A DNA stretch of 64,000 nt from a virus: the IMG/VR virus record IMGVR_UViG_3300042503_000110, positions 1 through 64,000 of that record. One strand, given 5' to 3'. The position numbers and the translations under genes were made by a program. Shown piece after piece: positions 8,646-18,288 of this stretch; the first letter of the stretch is position 1; each line of letters opens with the position of its first letter. Below the pieces are notes generated by a model. The model was not told where the DNA came from. It did not search any database and worked only from the letters and a program-made list of their open reading frames with translations.

Positions 8646-9953
8646 ATGGCAACTTTAGAAAGAAGAACCTCCGAACTCCCCTTAGTCTCTGGTCTATCTG
8701 CTGTAGATAGAATCCTTGTATTAAAAGCAGGGGTGACTTCACTTGCAACAGTAACTGAGGTAACAGCAGCTTCTTTCTTAGGTAAAACTACAGACCAACT
8801 TGCTGAGGGAACAAACAATCTTTATTTTACACCTAGTCGAGTATCTCAGCAGATTTTAAATACGCTGGTAGCAGGGACGAACATATCTTTTGGATATAAC
8901 CTTACGACCAATCAAATTACAATCAACTCTACTGGTAACGTCTTTAGCGTAAATAATAAGACAGGAGCAGTTAGTTTAAATACAGACGATATTGGAGAGG
9001 GATCTACTAATCTTTACTATACAAACGAAAGAGTAGATGATAGAGTAGCTACCTTACTACAAGCAGGAAGTAACGTTAGTTTAGTTTACAACGACCTACT
9101 AAATACTTTGACTATTAGCAGCACAGGAAACGTGCGCTCAGTTAACAGCCAAGTAGGAGACATTACTCTAAACACAGATAATATTGGAGAAGGCTCTAAC
9201 AATGTTTATTATACAGTCGCTAGAGTAAATCAGTGGTTAATTACAAAGTCAACTACAGACTTAGCAGAGGGCACAAACAAATACTTTACTGAGCCTAGAG
9301 TTTTGGTTTCTTTGTTGGCTGGACTAACAAACCAGACGAACACACCAATCACAACAGCTGATTCAGTTCTGACTGCTTTTGGTAAACTCCAAACTCAGCA
9401 CACTACTCTTCTAAACTCTACAAATACGCACGTAGGCCGCACAGACAATCCTCACAACGTTACTAAAGCTCAAGTAGGATTAGATAACGTACCTAACGTT
9501 AATACGTCAAACGCATCAAACATAACAAGTGGGGTACTTCCTGATGCGCGACTTTCGTCAAACGTAACTCAACAAGGAAACACATTTAACGGACTTAATC
9601 AGTTAGTTAGATTAGACGCTCTAGGAAAACTTCCTGCAATAGACGGATCTCAACTAACAGGGTTAATTTCTCAAATCGCTAACTTATCAGACGTTCAACT
9701 TATAGATTTACAAGTAGGACAAACTTTGTCTTACAATGGTACTAAGTGGGTAAACACCACCTCAGCTACTGCGACTGTACGCCACGACTACTCAGGCGTT
9801 TACTCGTATGTAGGAAGAGCACCTCAGTTAAGTCCTGAAGCGAGCGCAGTCTGGAAAATTACCCGAATCCAAGTCCTTACGGACGGTAACGTTTTAACAA
9901 CAACAGCAAACAACGTGACCTGGACAGGTCGCCTAACTCATTCATATTCATAA
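8646..9953 (+). CDS. Fibre protein with EG.TNLY(Y/F)T repeats
   Basis: N-terminal TSELP (KISEL-type) motif; four (T/N)TD..(A/G)EG..N.Y(Y/F)T repeats; SVN...G...L repeats; NPHNVTKAQVGLDNV fibre motif. Confidence 0.75.
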   Translation: MATLERRTSELPLVSGLSAVDRILVLKAGVTSLATVTEVTAASFLGKTTDQLAEGTNNLYFTPSRVSQQILNTLVAGTNISFGYNLTTNQITINSTGNVFSVNNKTGAVSLNTDDIGEGSTNLYYTNERVDDRVATLLQAGSNVSLVYNDLLNTLTISSTGNVRSVNSQVGDITLNTDNIGEGSNNVYYTVARVNQWLITKSTTDLAEGTNKYFTEPRVLVSLLAGLTNQTNTPITTADSVLTAFGKLQTQHTTLLNSTNTHVGRTDNPHNVTKAQVGLDNVPNVNTSNASNITSGVLPDARLSSNVTQQGNTFNGLNQLVRLDALGKLPAIDGSQLTGLISQIANLSDVQLIDLQVGQTLSYNGTKWVNTTSATATVRHDYSGVYSYVGRAPQLSPEASAVWKITRIQVLTDGNVLTTTANNVTWTGRLTHSYS

Positions 9954-9965
9954 GATTATAATATT

Positions 9966-10262
9966 ATGCCTATACAATCAACAAACCCAACCATTGTAGA
10001 TGGAGTAGAGTATCCTCTTCTTCTTGTTAATTTGGCTATATCTCCTTTAGTTAAAGAGGGAGGACAAATTGGAGCATCTGTAGCTATGCGTCTTGTTCCC
10101 TACAGAGATTTGGGGGGAGACATTGAGCAACTTCCTGAGTCTATGAAAGCTGTTTCATATTTTGACATATTCAAAGAAGCTGAGACAGATCCTGAAATAG
10201 CGTCTGCTGTTACTAAAATAATGGAAGGTCTACAAGAATTTATCAACGATAAAGGACTTTAA
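9966..10262 (+). CDS. Small hypothetical protein, possible fibre chaperone or adaptor
   Basis: Tightly coupled ORF between fibre genes. Confidence 0.6.
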   Translation: MPIQSTNPTIVDGVEYPLLLVNLAISPLVKEGGQIGASVAMRLVPYRDLGGDIEQLPESMKAVSYFDIFKEAETDPEIASAVTKIMEGLQEFINDKGL

Positions 10263-10264
10263 TT

Positions 10265-11902
10265 ATGGGACTTAGAGTTGCAGTAGCTAATGGAAACTGG
10301 AGTAATCCTAGTACTTGGGAGGGAGGTATTCTTCCTACTGCTACAGATGTTGCAGCAACTAACGGTTTTGTAGTTAATATTGACCAAGATATAACAGTCG
10401 AAGGTCTTACAAACTTAGCCCATTATCCAAGTGCTATTCCTCCTATGGTTGACAATGACTTCCCTGGAGGAGTAGTTACTACGAGTGGTACTTTTGATCC
10501 ATCTTACGATTCTTGGAAAGCATTTAATTTTAGTACTGATACATTCCAATCATGGATTCATACCAATGGTGTTGTCGCAGGTTGGTTGGCTTACGAGTTT
10601 AAAATTCCTAAAGTTATTAATAAATACGTAGTCGTAAGAACATATGCTAACCAACTTGCTAGTATGCCTAGAGACTGGACGTTTGAAGGTTGGACTGGAA
10701 GTACTTGGGTAGTTCTTCATACAGTTACTGGACATAACTCTCTCACTCCTTACACAGGAACATTTACAAATACAACAGCATATAAAAAATACCGTATAAA
10801 CATAACAGCAAATAATGGTGGAAGCTACAGTGCTATTGATTTGATGTATATGGGCCTTACTACGGACCCAACAACTACAAGTAATGTAGGAGGGTCTTTT
10901 ACAGTTACTCCTGGGAGAACAATTACCTGTACTCAAATTGGTTTATTAGGAGGGGGAAATAATGTTCTTATAACTTTAAATTCTACAGGAACTTATAATA
11001 TTATTGGGGACATTATAAAACAAGGAAGTGTTAATGTTTTAAATATTACCGCAAATTGCACTGTTAATATAGTTGGAGATATTAAAGCAACATTTTCGGG
11101 AGGAAGAACAATACAAACTTTTAGTACTTGTACTTTAAATATTACAGGAAATATTTTAGGACCATTTTCTAATAACTCAAATTGTTTGTATTTAGATTCA
11201 GTTGCTGCTGTTTATATTACGGGAAACATTACTTCTAATAATAGAAGCAGTGGCACTGATTATGCGATTTTTATAGTAAATAGTTCTAGATGTGAAATAA
11301 CTGGAAATGTATTTCATAATTATGCTGGCCAAGGAATAATAATAAACAACTCGGGACTTTTAAGAATAGTAGGAACTTTAAATGCAAAAGCTATTAATCT
11401 TGGAGGGTTTCCTGTAATTTACAATGATTATAGCAGTTCAGCCACAAATTTATTTTCTGGTCCCTTTGTTTTTTCAGAGAGTGCACACTCTCCTATTATG
11501 GTAGCAAGAATGAATTTAATCAGAACTTTTAACTCTTACGTAGAGTTTAGAGACAATTCTACAAACGGAGCATTACTTCCAGCACTTCAAGCACCTGCGA
11601 CAAGATTAGTATCTCCAGATACAGTAGCGGATGCTCCAAGTCCAAATAACGTAAGACAAGGAATTGCATACTCTTTAGGTGCTTTGACTGGAACTATGAT
11701 AGTACCAAGTCCAAGTAATGTAGCAAACAACGTACCTGTAGACAACACAGTAGGTACGGCTGTACTAGACGCTAGTTCAATTTGGGCAGTTCCTTTGACT
11801 AACTTAAACATTTTAAATAGTATAGGAAGAAGAGTCAAAAACGCTGCTACGGTAGAAACTACGGGAGCACAAATTCAAGCAACTTTAAACGATAACGAAT
11901 AA
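10265..11902 (+). CDS. Fibre/spike protein with F5/8-type C (discoidin/CBM32-like) domain, paralogue 1
   Basis: W.AF...W...WL.YEF...PRDW.FEG.....W..L...Y..YRINIT discoidin signature, followed by a beta-helix-like I.G.I repeat region. Confidence 0.7.
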   Translation: MGLRVAVANGNWSNPSTWEGGILPTATDVAATNGFVVNIDQDITVEGLTNLAHYPSAIPPMVDNDFPGGVVTTSGTFDPSYDSWKAFNFSTDTFQSWIHTNGVVAGWLAYEFKIPKVINKYVVVRTYANQLASMPRDWTFEGWTGSTWVVLHTVTGHNSLTPYTGTFTNTTAYKKYRINITANNGGSYSAIDLMYMGLTTDPTTTSNVGGSFTVTPGRTITCTQIGLLGGGNNVLITLNSTGTYNIIGDIIKQGSVNVLNITANCTVNIVGDIKATFSGGRTIQTFSTCTLNITGNILGPFSNNSNCLYLDSVAAVYITGNITSNNRSSGTDYAIFIVNSSRCEITGNVFHNYAGQGIIINNSGLLRIVGTLNAKAINLGGFPVIYNDYSSSATNLFSGPFVFSESAHSPIMVARMNLIRTFNSYVEFRDNSTNGALLPALQAPATRLVSPDTVADAPSPNNVRQGIAYSLGALTGTMIVPSPSNVANNVPVDNTVGTAVLDASSIWAVPLTNLNILNSIGRRVKNAATVETTGAQIQATLNDNE

Positions 11903-13605
11903 TGGCAGCAATCGTAGCAATAAAAAGTGGCAACTGGAATGATCCTACTGTTTGGCATTTAAGTAGAATACCCGAAGTAGATGATGTAGTTTATGCAAGT
12001 GGTTATACTGTAACTGTAAATATAAGTACAACTGTTCGACGAATTTCAAATAAAGCTTCTACGGGATTTAGTGCTGTTCCTATTATGACTGGGTATACTA
12101 CTCCTTCAGGTATAGCAAGTTCACTAACTAGATACGATGACAATAACTATCAACCTTGGAAAGCTTTTGATAATACTACTTCTACTGAATGGATTGGAGT
12201 TAGCGGAAGACCATTACCCGAGTGGTTACAATATGAATTTGTTAGTCCTAAAATTATAATAGGTTATTCAGTTCAAAATATTACTTATAATGGAGATCGT
12301 CCTACGAACTGGCAATTTCAGGCTTGGGATGGAACAAATTGGGTTGTTTTAGATACTGTAACAGGTGCTCCCTCCCAAACAACTCCTTATGTAAGAACTT
12401 TTACTAATTCTACAGCTTATTCTCGATATAGAATCTATATCACTGCAAGTTTAAGTACAAATTATGTGGCAATATCTGAGTTAAGATTATTTGAAACTAT
12501 AACAGACGCACAAAACGCTGCAAGTGGCGGAGGATTTATTTTAAATCCAAACGTAAGTTTAAATTGTACTGAATGGATTGAAGCCTCTAACGTTACTATA
12601 TTAACTTGGGCTGGAGGAGCAGGAACAACTAGTTCAGTTACTAGCCCTATTTTATATGCAGCAACTGCAGGCAATACTTTTGTTATTAATGGACAAGGAA
12701 CTTTAAATGTTAATATTGCCTCTACTACGACTCAAGGCGGAAGCACAAATATTTATTTTATATCTAATACAGGCACAGTTAACTTAGTTACTAATATTAC
12801 TCCATTAACTACAGCAAATACTGGTGGAAGAATGGTTTATATAAGTGCCAATGCGCTTGTAAATATTACTGGAGATTTAACAGGAGTATTTAGAAATATG
12901 GGTATGGTCCAAATAACAAGTAATTGTACCGTTAATATTGTAGGTACTGTTACCTATACTGATGTTTCTTATCCTTTTGATATTAACACTTCTATTTGTA
13001 CAATGAACATAACAGGAACAGTGCGCAGCGCTGTAAATGCAACTATTTCTCTAGGAATAGTAGTTTACAGTAGTATTGTTTTGACTATTGTTGGACCTAT
13101 TATAAGTCAAGGAAATACCGTCCCTTTGTATTTACCTTCAAATAACTCAATTGCTCTTCTTTCAGGTCCCTTTGTGTATTCACCTTATGGATATAGTCCT
13201 GTTTGGGCTTCTAGATATCATTTGATTCCAAGTACAACTACTTATATTGAATTTGCAGACTCAACTACAGGAGGCTTACCTTTTCCAGGAGCTATAGCAC
13301 CTAGAGCACAGTTTATTTCTCCATCAGCAAGTAGTGATAGTCCTGATCCAGAAGATGTTAGATTTGGAGTGTCTTATGCTTATAATTCTCTTACAGGAAC
13401 TTTGCGCATGCCTCATCCTAACCAAGTAACCTACGGAGTAGCAGTAGATAATACTTTTGGTAACGCAGTACTTACCGCAGCTTCTGTATGGGATTATCTA
13501 GTCTCAAACATTACTACAGAAAACAGCATAGGTATGAGATTAAAGAACGTATCTACTCCCCAAACTACGGGAGAACAACTTGAAGCATTCTTGCGCTTAG
13601 AATAG
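11902..13605 (+). CDS. Fibre/spike protein with F5/8-type C domain, paralogue 2
   Basis: Same architecture as 10265..11902, with a shared C-terminus (P.P..VR.G..Y...LTGT...VDNT.G.AVL.A...NSIG.R.KN..T..TTG.Q). Confidence 0.7.
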   Translation: MAAIVAIKSGNWNDPTVWHLSRIPEVDDVVYASGYTVTVNISTTVRRISNKASTGFSAVPIMTGYTTPSGIASSLTRYDDNNYQPWKAFDNTTSTEWIGVSGRPLPEWLQYEFVSPKIIIGYSVQNITYNGDRPTNWQFQAWDGTNWVVLDTVTGAPSQTTPYVRTFTNSTAYSRYRIYITASLSTNYVAISELRLFETITDAQNAASGGGFILNPNVSLNCTEWIEASNVTILTWAGGAGTTSSVTSPILYAATAGNTFVINGQGTLNVNIASTTTQGGSTNIYFISNTGTVNLVTNITPLTTANTGGRMVYISANALVNITGDLTGVFRNMGMVQITSNCTVNIVGTVTYTDVSYPFDINTSICTMNITGTVRSAVNATISLGIVVYSSIVLTIVGPIISQGNTVPLYLPSNNSIALLSGPFVYSPYGYSPVWASRYHLIPSTTTYIEFADSTTGGLPFPGAIAPRAQFISPSASSDSPDPEDVRFGVSYAYNSLTGTLRMPHPNQVTYGVAVDNTFGNAVLTAASVWDYLVSNITTENSIGMRLKNVSTPQTTGEQLEAFLRLE

Positions 13606-13607
13606 AC

Positions 13608-13637
13608 TTGACTTATTTTTTTAAAGGTTTATATTTG
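13608..13637 (+). promoter_or_regulatory. Bacteroidota sigma promoter of the lysis/secreted-protein operon
   Basis: TTG 13608-13610 (in ACTTGACTT), 19-nt spacer, TATATTTG 13630-13637. Confidence 0.75.
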
Positions 13638-13660
13638 TCTTAGGACAAAGAACTATATTT

Positions 13661-13909
13661 ATGAAATTTGTAAATTTTATTGGAGGTCTTTTCAAGGATG
13701 AAAAAGGCAATGTCTCCATGAAACGTTTGTGCGGATTGGTATGTACTCTTACTCTTTGCGCAACGTTGTACGCTAACTCTTTTACAGAGTCTCACTTTGC
13801 TCCATCTACTCCTTTGGTAGATGCTGTAGCATTACTTGCATTTGGCACTCTCGGGCTCACAAGTGCCGAAAAAATTCTGAAAAAGAAAGAAGGAGACTCT
13901 GCTGAATAA
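13661..13909 (+). CDS. Putative holin
   Basis: 82 aa; G..S.KR motif, then two hydrophobic helices and a charged tail; first gene of the operon that contains the endolysin. Confidence 0.6.
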   Translation: MKFVNFIGGLFKDEKGNVSMKRLCGLVCTLTLCATLYANSFTESHFAPSTPLVDAVALLAFGTLGLTSAEKILKKKEGDSAE

Positions 13910-13911
13910 AC

Positions 13912-14610
13912 ATGGCTTATGTCTACAGACATATCAGGTTAGATAAGAATGTACCTTTCTATATTGGATTAGGTACAGATTCTAATTATTCTAGAGCACA
14001 TCAAACTAAAAGTAGAAATCAACACTGGCATAATGTTGTAAAACACTCTGAGTATAGGGTAGAGATTATGTTAGACGATTTATCCTTTGAGGAGGCTTGT
14101 GCAAAAGAAATAGAACTGATAAGTGTGTATGGCAGAGTAGATACTTGTGGAGGTACTCTAGTTAATTGGACTGATGGAGGACAAGGTACTTTAGGTTGGA
14201 GACATGAGATAGGTTACTGGACAGGTAGGACTTTACCAGAATCTATGCGTAAGAATCTATCTGAAGTTGCTAAGTTAAGAGTAGGAGAGAAGAATCATTT
14301 TTATGGGAAATCTCACTCCGAAGAAACAAAAGAAAAACTTAGACAGTCTAGACTAGGTAGTGCTCTTCCAGAAGAAACTAAACTTAAAATAAAAGAGTCT
14401 TTAAAGAACTCTGAAGCTTTTAAGAATAGAGTTCAGGCTGTTAGGCTAGGGGCAGACAATCCTAAATCTAAACAAGTAATCAATACCGAAACAGGAGAGA
14501 CTTATGAGAACCTTAGAATAGCTTCAGAAATTACTGGAATAAACTACGATAAACTAAGATCTTACTGCCAAGGAAAAGTAAAAAGTAAAACAAATTGGAG
14601 ATATAATTAA
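13912..14610 (+). mobile_element. Free-standing GIY-YIG-like homing endonuclease with NUMOD3 repeats
   Basis: N-terminal YVY.H....PFYIG.G, A..KE..LI..YGR and L.N.TDGG.G; NUMOD3 NHFYGKSHSEETKEKLR; C-terminal NUMOD1-like HTH. Confidence 0.8.
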
Positions 14611-14612
14611 TC

Positions 14613-15263
14613 ATGAACTATACTAGAGAACAAATCGAAGCCGCAGTAAAAGCCAAGGGCTATGTTTACTTTGATGGCGCAAAAGACTATGATGTAAATA
14701 TCATAGGTGTACGTAATTCTTCTACTGGAAATGATGTTACCAACCTATTTGATGACACCATGACTGTTGCTTACAAAGTAGCAGGTAAATGGGTATTTCA
14801 TCAATGGCAAGCTACTACCGATCCTGGAACAAAAGGTGTTATGCAGTTCCATAACCCTGGCGGAGTAGCGCGTCTAGTTGCTGGTCAATATCGTGGAAGC
14901 CACGCTATTGGGTTGCACCAAGGAAAGTATGAAGCGTTGAAACAAAAAGCAAACGTAAAAGTTTACCGTGACGCTAACAAAGACATGACTTATGATGAGT
15001 CTAAAATCACTGAAGGTGTGTATGGTATTAACATCCACAAAGCAGGTGCAGATTCTACATTTGTAGAGAACTGGTCTGAAGGATGTCAAGTATTCAAACG
15101 TGAAAAAGATTTTAACCAATTTATGGAAATCATGCGCCAAGCACGTGGTGTCCATGGTAACTCTTTCACTTACACTTTGATTGAGTCTGGGGACTTTCTT
15201 GCCGCAGACAAAGCAGCTGGAGAAGCAAAGAAAGCAGCAAAAGCAGCTAAGGCAAAAAAATAA
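14613..15263 (+). CDS. Putative endolysin (L,D-transpeptidase/YkuD-like peptidase)
   Basis: TTDPG, GQY and GINIH.A...WSEGCQVF (H...S.GC catalytic-type motif); next to the holin; Ala/Lys-rich cationic C-tail. Confidence 0.6.
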   Translation: MNYTREQIEAAVKAKGYVYFDGAKDYDVNIIGVRNSSTGNDVTNLFDDTMTVAYKVAGKWVFHQWQATTDPGTKGVMQFHNPGGVARLVAGQYRGSHAIGLHQGKYEALKQKANVKVYRDANKDMTYDESKITEGVYGINIHKAGADSTFVENWSEGCQVFKREKDFNQFMEIMRQARGVHGNSFTYTLIESGDFLAADKAAGEAKKAAKAAKAKK

Positions 15264-15722
15264 ATGAAAAATTGGAAGGCCCTTTGTAGTCTTCTTTTCT
15301 TAGTCAACTCCTGCTTTTGTCAAACATTGTCAAAGGCAGGGGATGGCTGGGACTTAAAAATTGATTCGGCAATCAACCTAATTAAAAACTATGACATTGA
15401 TAAGTACATAGTTTTTACTGAAGTCTGTGAGCGGATTGATTTTTGGAACAGTTCTTTTTCTTCCACAGGTATAGTTGAAGGTCGCTATACCATACTTGTA
15501 GCAGATGCAGACATTAAGTTAAATTCAATTAACAACTTAGCCTGCGTCTTAGTTCACGAAAGCCAGCATCTTTTCTACGCAAAAGAAGGCATTGTTTTAA
15601 GTGAAGCGGAAGAAGAATATAAATGCTACATGTACGAGTTGTCCTTCATCAAAAACATTCCAACCCCTGAGCCATGGTTACTGGCAAATCTTTATGAAAA
15701 ACTGCAAAAATATAGACAATGA
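15264..15722 (+). CDS. Secreted zincin-like metalloprotease
   Basis: Signal peptide ending ...SCFC|Q; VLVHESQH (HExxH) followed by EEE..CY..E. Confidence 0.65.
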   Translation: MKNWKALCSLLFLVNSCFCQTLSKAGDGWDLKIDSAINLIKNYDIDKYIVFTEVCERIDFWNSSFSSTGIVEGRYTILVADADIKLNSINNLACVLVHESQHLFYAKEGIVLSEAEEEYKCYMYELSFIKNIPTPEPWLLANLYEKLQKYRQ

Positions 15723-17608
15723 AAAAACTAATTCTATTTGTAGTCGGGGTAATAACCTTGGCTACTAACCTATTTGCACAAAGTGCAAACACTTCTCCAG
15801 GTACGGGCCATTGGGTTGTTATTGACTCAGGCTATCAAGTAGCTACAACTACTGTAGGACAAACAGTAGCTCCACTTCATTTTTACAACACTTCTACTTC
15901 TGAAAAGATCACAGGTATGCAGTTTCGTGTATTCTACGACAACACTGCATTTACTGCTGTAGTGCCTTCCTTAAAGATCTCTACTTCAGACCAATACCTT
16001 CAGTATGTAGATAGTAACGCACAGGGATTCTTAACTGTAACTTTAGCGTACACAGGTTCTAGTGCTAGTTTTAACTATTCTAACGGAGCAACTTTTGACC
16101 TGACTTTCACTCATGCTAGTAGTGCTATTTGGAACAACTTAGATTCTATTAAGACTATGAAAGTTGCAGGTGTTAAATCATTTGCAAACAAAGCTGCTAC
16201 TAACTGGGGTAACGACACTACTTTGGTAGTTTACTCTTACGGAGGTCGTTTCAATCAGAAAGTTTTAAGATTCGCTGCTAAGTTCAAAAACGTTACAGGC
16301 TCTGATGCTAAGAGTTTGTGGGTGTCTTTAGAAAAGAAAGCACCAACTGGGTCTTGGACTCAAGTAGATGCTAAGGCAACTAACTCTGTAGGACATGTTG
16401 TGTTTAGAGAATTTTTAGATACTACATATTGGGATGTCCGCATGGTTGTTAAAGGAGACACAATGACTCCAGGTAACGTATTCTCTACTGCGGATGCACA
16501 GAAGATTAACCAATCTATACTAGGTCAATACACTCCCTCAGGCTTTGATTACTACACAATGGATGTAAATGGAACTACTGGAGACATTAATATTGCTGAC
16601 GTATACTCTGTGTATGGAAGATTAGCTGGTAGATTTACTTCTTGGCCTAACTCTAAGAAAGACGTAATGTTCTTTACTGTCGCTGAGTACAACGCAATCA
16701 ACGGGGCTACATCTAACTTAACTTCAACTTATGCTACTGTAAATAACTTTAATTACACTATTGACGGTAGAGACTCCATTACCTATTACGTAGCAGTAAA
16801 AGGAGACGCAAACTCTACAGGATTTAAGATGGCTCGTTTGACTCCTATTAAAATTGTCAACCAAGCAAATGCTAAGAAATACATTATTGACCAAACAGTA
16901 TCTTATGACAATCCTACTTTAGATAAAGTAGAAATCAACATGCCGAAAATTACCGTGGAGAGTGGAAACTTAGTAAACGTACCAGTTAAAGTTCTTACAA
17001 ACGGAAAATCTTTGGGCGCTCTTCAGTTAGATCTTAAATACGACACATCTTACTTAGAGTTTAAGAACATTGAAATGACTGAAAAATTAATGAAGTGGAC
17101 TGCATACACTAATCCTTCAGGAGGAATTGTTTCCTGGGGAGGAGCAGACTTAACTAACACTAATCTATTGGTTGATGGAGAACAAGCATTTACCTTACAG
17201 TTTATTGCTAAAAAACCACAAGACTCTTGGGCAACCGCAGCTATCTGGACATCTGAAAAATACGTAGGTGATGACAAAGCAAAAGACATGGTAATCACTC
17301 CTACTATGGGTATCGTAGAGGTGCGTAGAAAAGGCACAGTAGCAATGAAAGATATTTCATCTATGCTGGCGTTTCCTAATCCTACAGTAGATTACGTAGA
17401 GATTCATTTTAAAGTAGAAGAAGAAAGCCAAGTTGATTTATCTCTGTACAACGAAGTAGGTCAATTAATTGAAACTATCTTACATACAAAAATGCCTAAA
17501 GGGTCATACCAATACACTACAAATCTAGAAAGATTATCTAATGGAACTTACATTTTGGTACTAAGAACAAACAAACAGTTACTAAATTCTAAACTATTAA
17601 TTATATAA
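15719..17608 (+). CDS. Secreted scaffoldin-like protein: cohesin - Ig - dockerin - cohesin - T9SS type A C-terminal domain
   Basis: SPI signal NLFA|QS; cohesin motifs ITGMQFRVFYD and VNVPVKV...LGALQLDLKYD; dockerin STAD...DVNGTTGDINIAD...KGDAN; CTD from FPNPT through LYNEVGQ and LSNGTYIL to KLLII. Confidence 0.8.
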   Translation: MKKLILFVVGVITLATNLFAQSANTSPGTGHWVVIDSGYQVATTTVGQTVAPLHFYNTSTSEKITGMQFRVFYDNTAFTAVVPSLKISTSDQYLQYVDSNAQGFLTVTLAYTGSSASFNYSNGATFDLTFTHASSAIWNNLDSIKTMKVAGVKSFANKAATNWGNDTTLVVYSYGGRFNQKVLRFAAKFKNVTGSDAKSLWVSLEKKAPTGSWTQVDAKATNSVGHVVFREFLDTTYWDVRMVVKGDTMTPGNVFSTADAQKINQSILGQYTPSGFDYYTMDVNGTTGDINIADVYSVYGRLAGRFTSWPNSKKDVMFFTVAEYNAINGATSNLTSTYATVNNFNYTIDGRDSITYYVAVKGDANSTGFKMARLTPIKIVNQANAKKYIIDQTVSYDNPTLDKVEINMPKITVESGNLVNVPVKVLTNGKSLGALQLDLKYDTSYLEFKNIEMTEKLMKWTAYTNPSGGIVSWGGADLTNTNLLVDGEQAFTLQFIAKKPQDSWATAAIWTSEKYVGDDKAKDMVITPTMGIVEVRRKGTVAMKDISSMLAFPNPTVDYVEIHFKVEEESQVDLSLYNEVGQLIETILHTKMPKGSYQYTTNLERLSNGTYILVLRTNKQLLNSKLLII

Positions 17609-17612
17609 AACT

Positions 17613-17963
17613 ATGAGTTTAAAGAACAAACTTGGCTTCGGCCAAGCAGAACCCGTAGCAGTCGAGCCTAACAATAGGTTTTATTACATGCTACAACAGA
17701 TGCAAGCTAATCGTTGGAGAATTACTGCCATCGTATTAGGTTTATTTTTCTTCATTATTGTTGGGATTAACTCAGCAGTATTCTTTGGAGTCGAGATTCA
17801 AGAATCTTGGAAAGAAATGTTACTTATCCTTTTTGGAGCCTTTGTAGGTAATTTGAACAAAGTAGTAGACTACTGGTTTAATTCAGAAGACCGCGACAAA
17901 ATGCTTATTCAAAAAGTAGATGAGGAGGATGGAGTATCTTTGTCTAACACAACTAACTCTTAA
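17613..17963 (+). CDS. Two-TM membrane protein
   Basis: Hydrophobic helices ITAIVLGLFFFIIVGI and MLLILFGAFVG, then VVDYWFNS. Confidence 0.7.
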   Translation: MSLKNKLGFGQAEPVAVEPNNRFYYMLQQMQANRWRITAIVLGLFFFIIVGINSAVFFGVEIQESWKEMLLILFGAFVGNLNKVVDYWFNSEDRDKMLIQKVDEEDGVSLSNTTNS

Positions 17964-17967
17964 TATT

Positions 17968-18288
17968 ATGTCAGAAGAACAAGAAGGCGGAATGTCTGGA
18001 GTAAAGAAAGCTATTATCGGAGCCATCACCACCGCAGTTACTGCAGGTGGTGCTTGGTTCGCTACTACTTTAGGTGGTGGAGAAGAGAAAGATAATACTC
18101 CAACAGCTGTAACAGCGCCCGCACCCGTAATCAACATTACTAACAGTAATGAGAATCAACAGAAGCAACAAAATAATGGCGGTGGCAACACTGTAATTAT
18201 TAAGGAAAAAACAGTTCCTGCTCCTGCTCCTACCCCTGCGACTGCACCAGCTTCTAAACCTCCAGCAGATGAAGAAGATCCTTGGTAG
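17968..18288 (+). CDS. Single-TM protein with Pro/Gln-rich extended tail
   Basis: In-frame ATG at 17968, 4 nt after the upstream stop; KK + AIIGAITTAVTAGGAWF anchor; PAPAPTPA tail. Confidence 0.65.
   Translation: MSEEQEGGMSGVKKAIIGAITTAVTAGGAWFATTLGGGEEKDNTPTAVTAPAPVINITNSNENQQKQQNNGGGNTVIIKEKTVPAPAPTPATAPASKPPADEEDPW

Noticed and set aside
8289-9953. Stop-codon read-through fusing 8289..8636 to 8646..9953 (TAA AAA TAT AAA ATG is in frame)
   Set aside because: Being in frame has a 1-in-3 chance, TAA is an efficient stop, and the second gene has a normal A-rich start.
13912-14610. Group I intron around the homing endonuclease
   Set aside because: The flanking genes are complete and only 2 nt away on each side, leaving no room for intron core elements.
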